From NCBI GenBank assembly GCA_002269645.1, contig NIVC01004172.1, positions 1 to 56,856 on the forward strand: a stretch of DNA of 56,856 bases, in the 5' to 3' direction. Each line of letters begins with the position of its first letter. Within the stretch, counting starts at the first letter, position 1. Position numbers and translations under genes: made by a program. Under the pieces are notes generated by a model. The model saw only the letters and a list, made by a program, of their open reading frames with translations, made no database searches and was not told the origin of the DNA. Source of the stretch: Macrostomum lignano. Its lineage: Eukaryota. Of this stretch, positions 13,341-23,457 are shown one piece after another.

Positions 13341-14820
13341 CAGAAAAGCTAAGGCCTCAAAAAAATTTTATGACATCCGCTGTTCCGGAATTCCATTTCG
13401 ATCATTTCGGATGGCCGGATGGCCACCCGATATCCGGAATTCCCAGATCGGCCAACAAACGGCAGCCTCCGCAGTCAGTTGGCGAGTCAGTTCAGCTCTG
13501 CCGCAATGCCGCCGATGCCAAATCTGAATGACGGATGAGCGGCAAGTGTCGCTGCTGCAGCAGGAAATTCCTCATCGCAGTGAAACGGCCAGTTGTAGAG
13601 GAATTCGGACAATGACTTGGGGATGAAGCTTGATGCAGAAGCGACGCCTCGGCCCTGGCCACGCGCGGCTGAGTCACGATCGCGTCGGGTTGCGCAACAC
13701 GGCAGTTTTTTACTGCGCCGAAGCGCTGATTTTTTAAACCGCGACGCACGCAGAAAACTGCGGCCATGCGGTGACTCATGCCGCCAGTCCCGGCCGTCAC
13801 GCGATATGCCAGCACGAGAAGAAACTCCATCGCAACAAGCACAAACCTGTTCTTAGAAATTGATTTTGCAGCCTGTCGGGACGTCACTCGATGTCCTTCT
13901 CCTTTGCGACTTTGGAGCATAAAATGAAGCTGGAATGTCTCGAATACCTCACTGATGCTGAAGCATTCGATCGCCCCCCCCCTTAGTTCTGAGTTCGAAG
14001 TCCAGTGTCTAAGCACACGAACGCTAGGAGAGAATTGACACTCAACAAGATGTTCAAAAAGGTTAAAAAGGAAATTTCCTTGGCATTGCATTGCATTTTG
14101 CATTGGCAGCGGTTCTGTCAACCAGCACAGCAATTATTTACTTTAGGCAGCACATCTTGCAGTTCCGTTTGACCGGAATGGAGGCCAATCATACGTCATC
14201 AGAGTAAAAACTTTTCCGCAGGCAGTGCGAAATTTTGCGCTAAACCGAACGCAACGCGCCCGACTGCGAAGACGGCGCATGGGTGACTCATCTGCTGACG
14301 GCTCGCGCACTTTGCGCGCAGTTCCTGCCGGGGGTTCACAAATCGCGCAAGCCAACAGCAACGCGCGCGCAACCCATAAAGGCGGTAGCGAATTCCCCTC
14401 AGCTCCAGCCTCAGCAGGAGAGCTGTTGGCAGGCAGGCATTCGCTGGCTTCAATATCGGGCTTGGGCCTCTTTTCCGGGGGGGGGGGGCATTTATCGGGG
14501 GCAGCCCGCCGGCTCTGACTCATGCCCGCTTCCGCGCGCGGGGCGCAGACCGGAACGGGGGAGGGCAGAAACTACTGCGGGCATGCCGTTACAACTACTG
14601 GCAGTAGCTGGCAGAGGGTATTTCTAAAATGAGTAAAAGATGTGTAAAGATTGAAATATTTAGAATATTTAAAGAAATATGTTCTCTGAGTTGAATCAAG
14701 GTCCTCAGCGGGAGAGTCCAGCTACTGAAGACTCGCTCTTCATTGTCTATGCCCCAAAAGTGGGTCTGTGGAGAAGCCATGTGAGAATTGGTCGCGCAAT
14801 CAATCTCGCTCGGTGGCAGC

Positions 14821-15370
14821 CAGTGGCGCAACCAGGGGGGGGGGGCGGTTGGGGTTTGCCCACCCCCCCCCCATTATAGGCGGAGACCAAAAAGAAAATC
14901 AAAGGGGGGACAAAGCGAATTTTCGCCAAAATGCAGAGCCGCCCTTGGGTCCTTACCCTCCAGAATCCGCCCCCATGGGTCCTTACCCTCCAGAATCCGC
15001 CCCCATGGGTCCTTACCCTCCAGAATCCGCCCCATGGGTCCTTACCCTCCAGAATCCGCCCCCCATGGGTCCTTACCCTCCAGAATCCGCCCCCCATGGG
15101 TCCTTACCCTCCAGAATCCGCCCCCTTGGGTCCCTACCCTCCAGAATCCGCCCCCCCCTTGGGTCCTTACCCTCCAGAATCCGCCCCCCTTGGGTCCTTA
15201 CCCTCCAGAATCCGCCCCCCCCTTGGGTCCTTACCCTCCAGAATCCGCCCCCCATGGGTCCTTACCCTCCAGAATCCGCCCCCTTGGGTCCCTACCCTCC
15301 AGAATCCGCCCCCTTGGGTCCTTACCCTCCAGAATCCGCCCCCCTCAACAAATTTCTGGTTGCGCTACTG
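14821..15370. mobile_element. hAT-superfamily MITE (550 bp) with an internal ~30-bp tandem repeat
   Basis: 15-bp TIRs CAGTGGCGCAACCAG / CTGGTTGCGCTACTG (14/15 match). Perfect 8-bp TSD GTGGCAGC at 14813-14820 and 15371-15378. About 13 copies of GGGTCCTTACCCTCCAGAATCCGCCCCCAT at ~14945-15345. Confidence 0.9.
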
Positions 15371-18300
15371 GTGGCAGCGTCAATCAGGTCGTACTTTTTT
15401 CGTTGCTAATCTTGTGACAGGGTTCCCGCCCCGCAGGACTCTGCTCATCCGGTGGCATCCTGAGCTGCAGCAAAGCTTTCATCTCTGCATGCTCTGCTCG
15501 CTAAAATTTTTCCTCTCCCACCCTGCCTCCCTCCTCTGCCCATCCCTCCACCTGGCGTGATTCTGGGTCTGCCGGATGAACTGCGTACATTGTGCGCGGC
15601 TGGTGGAAAGTGGTGAAAGTTGCACTCGATCAATCACTTGGATTAGTGAAGTATGATGTATTTTCGAGTACATTTTTATCAAAATGCGGATCATTCCTTT
15701 TTGTGTGAATTTTTCAAGTTCCGAATTCTGTTCAAGGCATCCTCTATTGTTGGGATTTAGGAAATTTCTTTTCTACTTTAGGCATTACTGCCCAATTTGC
15801 TGAGGTCCTGAGCAGGCGCACAAGCGCGTGCGGATACGTACGCTGTCACGCGCACAGGTACACACTCACACAGGGTGTACATGCACATGTACAGCGGCCC
15901 TGACTTTCGTACCCTCTCTGTGCCTTTGGGGGTCCTATAAGACGTTAAATGCGCGAGCAGACCCAAGTCGAGATTTTAATTTAGTCCCAATTTAATGTGA
16001 CTGCACTTGGAATCGAGCACATCAGAGCGCCACGCTACGCCCCCACTGATCCCGGTTAGTACCGCAATTGAAGACTTTCGTCGCAACCTTTAAGGTATCC
16101 CTAATTACGAGCTAACTTGAGCTGCAGTTCACCCTGCCGCGATAAGGTGGGAGCTCTGAGCTGCGGTAGAAATATAAGTTACGGAATTGCGACCACCCAG
16201 CACTGCAGCATCTGTACCGTTGGTCGCACACTTGGTCAATCAAGTTTCTATATACTCATATAGTTGGCTCGACCGTGTCTTTTACTGGTTTTTTACCGGT
16301 TCTTTTACCCCACCGCCGTTGTCAACACTCGAATTAGCCAGTGGGTGGCATCCAAGCACAGGAAGAGGTGGGCTGACGCCACCGATTGCCGGCAATCACG
16401 GGGCGGCTGTCCCCTGTCCCGTCCCGCAGGGCTCAGCTTGGACCCAACTGCAGGGACATCCGGACCTTTCAGGCAATGGCTGTTTTGCCAGGCAGCGCCA
16501 CCTCTAGGGAATCTAGAATATCGAAGATTCTGCCTCTCCAGCGTCGAGAATGCGGACAGACAGGACAGTCTCACCTATCTCGGTCCAAACCCGGACCTAT
16601 CCGACGTTTTCAGGCCCGAGAATCTCTGCCAGCTCGTCCGCTACCCAAGGGCTACCGGGCGAGCGACAATCCAGGAAACCAGCTGCCCGTGGTCGGCAGG
16701 TGTCAGTGTAATGGGCTTTCAACACCTCCCCGCTGTATCGGGATGCCCGGAGCCCTGCAGCTGAGTCAAGTAGGTCAATCGAAAATTTTCGATAATTTTC
16801 GGCACAAAATTAGCGATTTTGAAATTAGCGATTTTAGGCTTTTTATTGCTGAATTCGTTTTTGTGATGTTTTGCTTGTAAATACGTGCAATATATTCTCT
16901 ATGATTTTTATACATTTCAAAACGTACACATACGCAATATTGATTTTGTAGATGCAAAACTTTATAAGAAACCAGCATTTAACAACATCTTACTAACATC
17001 TAACCCTTTCAGGGGTGCCATAAGAGCCGACGCTGCCTTGTGGTTTTTCTGCGGGAGGCTGATGAATTTGCGGAACTTGACGGAGCCTTGCTGAGAAAAC
17101 TGCTATTTCGGAATACATCTTAATAATCCACCCTTGCAGCTGGGCGGCTTCTCATGCATGCAGCTTCAGCAGCCAAACCAAACTCTATTGATAGAACCAC
17201 AGAATGCTGGCTTGGATGCAGACAGCAAATTGTGAGAGGGTCGCTACCTCATGAAACTTTGGCGGGGTTGGGAGAAGTCGGGAGAGGCTGGGGATAATTG
17301 GCAGTCGCCATTTTTTGTAGTCCTAATTTTAGTCCAAACAGAAATAATATTTTTAGCGTCCCAAAACTGACGCAAAGAAGAACTACAGGTAAACCGGGAG
17401 CAGACTGGAGCTTGGGCTACATTTTCTAGGCGAGCGCAAGGCCTGAAGATGCTTTTAATATTTAATTTACGGTAAACCATTAAAGAGATCTGAAGCCACA
17501 AAGGGAGGGGAGAGGACGCCAAGTGCTAGACTGGGAGGCAAGAGAGGCAAGAAACTGCAGAGTTGGAAGCAGGTGCATGTGAGCGGTTCTCTGTGTTCGC
17601 TATCAACTGGAGAGTCACCTAAAATAGAAGCGGCACTTTTTTCAAATCAATTTTGAAGTTAATAACGGACTAGGTAAAAAAAAACCAAATTAATTTCGAA
17701 GATATTGAAACAAACCACATTTCCAGCAACTTCTAAGGCGCTTTTTAAATACAATTTTTAGGCAACTGCAAATTTCTGAATTCTTTTCATTTGGAGTCCA
17801 TACGACTTTTAAACTCATGGATTGCTTCATGGTAGGCGGTTTGTTGCGCTGGGCTCTTAGTTTTAGTTGCTCTGCGGTGGAGTTTCTTAGCTCTGCGACG
17901 GAGGTTACCGAGCTTGGTGTAGTGTGAGCATCTTTTGTGTAGTTTGCATTTTATTAGTTAGTTTCCATATTGTTAATTATTATTTTGCTTATTTGGTCAC
18001 GCGTTTCAATGTACTTTTTTTCTCTTAGTTTAGAGTTTGTTTTGCGTAAGCAGGTTAGAAGTTAGGCGCCAATTCTGTGACTCAGCGGAGGGTTGAGTTT
18101 TCCTGCGTACCCCAAGCTTTGCGCGGCCAGCCAATCAGAACCGGCCTGGACCCTGGCACGCGGCAAAATCCAAGTCTACCCGGCGCCGCGGGCCCAGTGC
18201 AAGTCGGTTTAACGAGCGGCCGGCCAGAGACACCCACCACCCGGCGTGAGGGGGTTTTGAGGGGTTTGACAGTGACTATAAATGAAAGTGTGATTAGCGG

Positions 18301-19069
18301 TCGGATTTTCGGTTTTTCGGCCTTTAGCTTGTCCAATTTCCCGGCCGTTTTGCCCTCTGTTTTCGCGCTTTGAGGCGCTTAATCTGCTCGTCTCCCCCGG
18401 TCCGTGCTTTATTCCCTCGCCCAACCGCACCAGTCTTGTGACGTAACGCCTACGGCAACCTTGTCTGAGGGCGTCGTTATCAAGCGCGGTTTAGATAGAG
18501 ACAGGCGGATTTGACAAAGTACGTGGCCTCGACCCGAGGGCCTCAGTGTCGCACTGAAGGGCAGCGCTGGTAGAACTTAGCCAGAGCTCCACTGAACCGT
18601 CAATTCGTCAGGGCTCTCGTTTGAGAGTAGGTTCTGGGTTTAGGCCAGTGTTTAGGAGTCTTTCTCCGTGGTCCCGTGTTCGGTTCCTTCTTCTTCTTCA
18701 AAGCTGAGATCCGCTCGCCAGTAGCGTAATTAATTTATTATCGTTGTTATCCGTGCTCAAATTTATCTGCGTCGCGAACTGCGTTGAGAACTTGTAATCA
18801 ATTTGAAGTAACTAAATTAAATCGTCTAAGTCAACTACTAGCATAGTCAGCCATTCTTAAACTAGGATTATCACGCTCTAAATCTGCTTGAATCGTTTCA
18901 CCCGTGTTTCTTCTTTACTTGTACCGTACCTGCAACTATCGGAGAAAGATTGGTAGAACTCGCCGACCGACGATAGGCAATAGGGCCAATAGTTTAAAAT
19001 CTTTGAACGCTCCAAAAATAGGTTTGTTTAGGGCCTAATTTATTTGCCGTATAGCATACTGTATTCATC

Positions 19070-20850
19070 ACATCGGGATTCCACCACGGCGCAGATTTTT
19101 TCCCTTTATAGGCTTTTAAAGGGCATGATGCCTCAAAGGCGGCGGTTAGCGTTTCTGTTAGAACAGTCGCGAAGTCATCCGCTTCGTAGCATGACGTGAT
19201 CGTGGGTGGTTGGCCAGGAGACCGATGGAACTTCTTCAGGGCGAGCCCGAAGGTTTCCCAATCAGTGTTTCTGGCGTTCTGGTCTCCACGTAACACGAGT
19301 TGCGCTACGCCGCGCGGCCATCAGGTTGAAGGAGATGAACTTGTGATCGGAGAGTGAGGACGCTGAAAGCACCCGCCACGCCCCAATGCTCTGGTAGAGC
19401 CTGGGTGTTCCGAGTGTGGCGTCGATCACCTCCGACCACCGTCCGTTATCAAATTTAGGGGTGGACCCAGAGTTGCAGAATTCGAGGGTCGTAGAAGCAA
19501 CGTAGGCTAGGAGGTCTTCGTCTCTCTGATTGATGCCAGTGCGGTGGGCGTTGATGTCGCCGGCAACCATGAGCTCGTAGTTTTTGGCAGAGCAGAGCTC
19601 GAGCAGCGTAGCGAGGGCTCTGGGGACAACCGCAGCATCGCCTGGTAGGTAGACCGAGGCTATGAGGGTGGTCTTCCCTGGAAGAAGGTCCTCGGATTAG
19701 ATGACGCAGATGTCCCTGTTGGACAGGTCCGATCTGAGCCACGCACTGAGCATTTTAATCGTAAAGATGCAAGCTCTGGGAGGCTGGTTGGCCTCGAGGG
19801 TAGGTATAAAAACAATTGTAGCCGGCAGGGGCGTTCTGAGACTTACCCTTTGAGGGTCCAGAGTTCCTGGACGAGATGAGCCCCGGCGTGTCGAGCTCGG
19901 CGTAACGCATAAGGTTGACCGAAGCTGCGACGCAGTGTTGCAGATTAATCTGCAAGCAGTGGATTCCCTGGCTGCTGATCATTGTCACGCAGCTGGGGAA
20001 TCGTTGAGCAGGTCATCCTCCTCCTTTTCAGAGGTGGTTGTCCCACAAACCTCCATGGGAGTTTCAGCGTCCTCGGCAGTTAGGGTGGCTGTGGAGTCCT
20101 CCGCGGGCGTGAGCCCAGCGTGGACGTTACCGTCGCCTCCCCTGCGTGCTTCGGTGCTGTCACTGCCCGTCCCCTCTGCCTCGTCGATCAGGTTGATGCG
20201 GGTGACGCCAGCTTCCTGGTGAGTCTGACTCGAACCAGTCGGTCAGCGCCTCCCCGCCGACAGCCAGGCATTCTGGCTGTTGGTGTGAAGCGCAGAAGCG
20301 CGGGCCCGCTCACGATACGCCCGGAGGCTCTTGGCCAGGTCCAACGCGCGCTGGATCAGATCGGACCTCCGTGTGTTCCTGGCAGGTCTACGGTTGCGAT
20401 TGCCGGCTTCAGCAGCGCTGACTGCCTTACCGGGCTTGGGATCAGCCGTTTGCCTCAGCTTCTTTGCCGGAGGAGCTTGGGCCCTAGTTACGGTTTCAGG
20501 AGCCTCAGCATGCTTGGCTTCGTCAGCTTTCCGCTCCTCGCAACGGAGGATGGTCAGCTGAGTCAGACCAAGGTGGATAGTAGACTTAGGGGGGAAGCGC
20601 TTAGCCCAGGCGTCGGAGAGCCCTAGGATCACCGTGGCCCCCTTCTCCTTGCGGGAAGTGGCGTGGTGTAGGAGCCTGTTGACCTCGAGGTCAGGGTGCA
20701 GCTTTAGCAGGATCTGCATAAGCCGATCTCCGGACTTAATGGCACTGCCGGCCGGGATCCAGATGCGAAAGCGGCCAGTTCAGCTTTGGCAGAAGCTCGC
20801 GTAGACTGCGGCTGCTCTCTTCAGAGTTGCACCAGAATTAGACCCTTGGT
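19070..20850 (-). mobile_element. Degraded non-LTR retrotransposon fragment (LOA/Lian-like): ORF1 C-terminus plus ORF2 AP-endonuclease, no reverse transcriptase
   Basis: ORF1 RFRIWIP...LMQILLKLHPDL, stop at 19987-19985. ORF2 ATG at 19982: CLQINLQHC, VAGDINAH, CNSGSTPKF, EVIDATL, SLSDHKFISF, RNTDW, ASCP...APWWN. Several frameshifts. Clade assignment is from motif recall. Confidence 0.8.
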
Positions 20851-21614
20851 CGACATGCGAGAGAGCAGCAAATAGAGGGTGCAGACCTCCCATCAGCCTT
20901 AACCTGCTGAAGATGGGGGCAGGCGTGAAGTATCGCAGACCTTAGCCCATAGGCCTGGTCTGTCTCATACTTCACTGGCGAGCTGAATGCATGCGACCGA
21001 GGTGCCAGCTGACAAATGGGAATTCCATCGAAAGTCCCCGCCAGATTTCTCAGAATGATGTGTAAACAGCTCAGTATTTGCGCAACATTCATTCTCAATC
21101 ATTGCGTTCACTTGTCTCGAGAACTGGATTAAAGTATCTCCCAGACCAGTGTTGCAGGATGGCATATGAGTTTGCATATTAAAAGCATTATCACTACGAG
21201 TACACTATTAACTCGAGCAATCAGCAATCCACTTCAAGCCAAGCAAAATTTGCTAGCAAACATGCCAGCTGCAGCTGATGGAGGTGTCTGTCAGGAACCG
21301 GCCATTTGGGATTGGCTGTCAATTGCGGAGCAGCTGATATATAGACCCGCACCCGGGCTGGGATGGCACCCAACACTCTCTGCTTGCAGCTTGGTTCAGT
21401 GCAAAAAACATTGCAAAATTGAGGCACATGAGGCTGACACTACTGCTAGCGACTGGCCTGATTTTGGGGATGCCCAGAGCACTGGGTGAGTTGCATGGAC
21501 TGTGGGTCAACTGTCCTCCGCTGTCAAGAATAGGGAGGTCAACTGCCCTCCACTGACAGTCAATTATAGGGAGGTCAACTGCCCCTCCAAAGCTCAGTCT
21601 CCCGCTCATTCCAG

Positions 21615-21908
21615 CCGCTGTGCTGAGCCAAATCGTGTGCGAGGGCCAGCACCTGTCCATCTCGTGCCCGCGGGGCTCCATCAACATCCACTTCGCTAAG
21701 TTCGGCAAGTCAGAGGAGTTCAGCACTGACTGCGTCAGACACACGAGCTCCATGAACAACTGCTGGAGCTCCAACTCGCTCAGCTACACAAAGTCGCGGT
21801 GTGAGGGTGCTCAGACCTGCAGCATCTCCGCATCCAACAGTGCTTTTGGCTCCGATCCCTGCCCCAAGAACTACAAATACCTGTTCGTGAATTACAGCTG
21901 CCCGGAGG
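21615..21908 (+). CDS. Exon encoding a SUEL/galactose-rhamnose-binding lectin domain; rest of gene not located
   Basis: IVCEGQHLSISCPRGSINIHFAKFG...C...C...SRCEGAQTCSISASNSAFGSDPCPKNYKYLFVNYSC has the 8-Cys SUEL pattern with DPC...KYL. Acceptor ttccag| and donor |GTGAGT give a symmetric phase 1-1 exon. Confidence 0.85.
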
Positions 21909-22270
21909 GTGAGTTGCCACTTGCTGTGAAAACGTGTCAATGCTATCGATCAAGTCAAAAAGGCTTGTGAAGGTAAGCACAGAGCCCTAAGTAATTGTAT
22001 GCCTATCTAATGATCCTTGCATATTTTCACCGCACAAGGCCAAATTAATGCACAAAGCTGATGAAACTGCTGTGGGATTATCTTGCCAGACGGTGTAATG
22101 CTGACAGTGCGTTTGGATTTAAATATAAATAAAACTGCACTTATTGTGCAGCCAGTGACAGCCATAGTTCTGGGCCGGATAGAAAACTCAGGAAGCCAAA
22201 TAAACTTTTCTTTTCACTTTCTCTTTTCTAACCAAAAACATCCGGATTAACAGAGTGGATAATTTTTGGG

Positions 22271-22829
22271 TTGGGGTCACCTGCTTGGATGGGGTCACCT
22301 GCTCGGATGGGGTCACCTGCTCAGATGGGGTCACCTGCTCGGATGGGGTCACCTGCTCAGATGGGGTCACCTGCTTTAATGGGGGTCACCTGCTTTGGTG
22401 GGGGTCACCTGCTTTGGTGGGGGTCACCTGCTTTGGTGGGGTCACCTGCTTTGGTGGGGGTCACCTGCTTTGGTGGGGGTCACCTGCTTTGGTGGGGGTC
22501 ACCTGCTTTGGTGAGGTCACCTGCTTTGGTGGGGGTCACCTGCTTTGGTGAGGGTCACCTGTTTTGGTGAGGTCACCTGCTTTGGTGGGGGTCACCTGCT
22601 TTGGTGGGGGTCACCTGTTTTGGTAAGGTCACCTGCTTTGGTGAGGTCACCTGCTTTGGTGGGGGTCACCTGTTTTGGTGGGGTCACCTGCTTTGGTGAG
22701 GTCACCTGCTTTGGTGGGGGTCACCTGTTTTGGTGGGGTCACCTGCTTTGGTGGGGTCACCTGCTTTGGTGGGGTCACCTGCTTTGGTGGGGTCACCTGC
22801 TTTGGTGGGGGTCACCTGTTTTGGTGGGG
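22271..22829. repeat. Minisatellite, 18-19-bp unit GGGGTCACCTGCTTTGGT
   Basis: About 30 tandem units; the left copies are a GCTCGGAT/GCTCAGAT variant. Confidence 0.95.
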
Positions 22830-23227
22830 GCCAGAGAGAAAGAAATTGAAAAGCGATAAATCTTTTCATAGAAGCAGTTGAGGCATCAGAGAGCAGCTGG
22901 GCTGAGTTGAGCCAGTGCTTGAGAAGCAGTGTGTGTATTAAGCCTGCAGTTAAAAACAGAGTCGAACAGTGCCAGGTGGAATAGAAGTTTTTCCACTAGC
23001 AATTCAACAGCTCAAGTAAATAATGATGACAAAATTATGACAAAATGCAATGCGTCAGAGCTCTGCTCAGGAGAAATTCAAGCAAAGAAATGTCAGGAAA
23101 GAATTAAACTACAACTCCGACAATACCTGATAGACTAGCAAGTGCAACACAAAATCTGCAATGCAATGTGAACTGAATCAACAGGAAGCAAAAAACAGAG
23201 GTCATAGAGGAGGTCTGGTTTCTCACC

Positions 23228-23428
23228 AGTCACTCGCAGTGACCACCTGGTCACTCACTAGTCACTCGCAGTGACTATCTAGGCACTCACTAGTCACTCG
23301 CAGTGACCATCTGGTCACTCACTAGTCACTCGCAGTGACCATCTGGTCACTCACTAGTCACTCGCAGTGACCATCTGGTCACTCACTAGTCACTCGCAGC
23401 GACCATCTGGTCACTCACTAGTCACTCG
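23228..23428. repeat. 32-bp tandem repeat with internal palindrome, AGTCACTCGCAGTGACCATCTGGTCACTCACT
   Basis: Six units plus a partial; lies ~30 nt past the stop (23458) of the - strand gene. Confidence 0.92.
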
Positions 23429-23457
23429 AACCCAATCTAGTCACTCATAGGTCAAGG

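Larger units (their letters stand above)
412..18084. promoter_or_regulatory. Dispersed cluster of AP-1 (TGASTCA) sites around the DUSP gene
   Basis: TGACTCA/TGAGTCA start at 412, 558, 580, 2342, 2493, 3728, 4108, 6709, 7686, 8950, 8995, 9197, 9854, 10312, 10523, 11583, 13670, 13772, 14284, 14516, 16762, 18078. TGACTAA variants at 6821, 6939, 7789, 11767. Function is inferred. Confidence 0.65.

Noticed and set aside
18437-18975. Possible solo LTR plus PBS (TGTGACG... followed by TGGTAG)
   Set aside because: No second LTR, no CA terminus or TSD could be identified.
20780-21100. Self-cleaving ribozyme at the 5' end of the LINE
   Set aside because: The element appears 5'-incomplete and no HDV or hammerhead core could be recognised by eye; an Infernal/Rfam scan would be needed.
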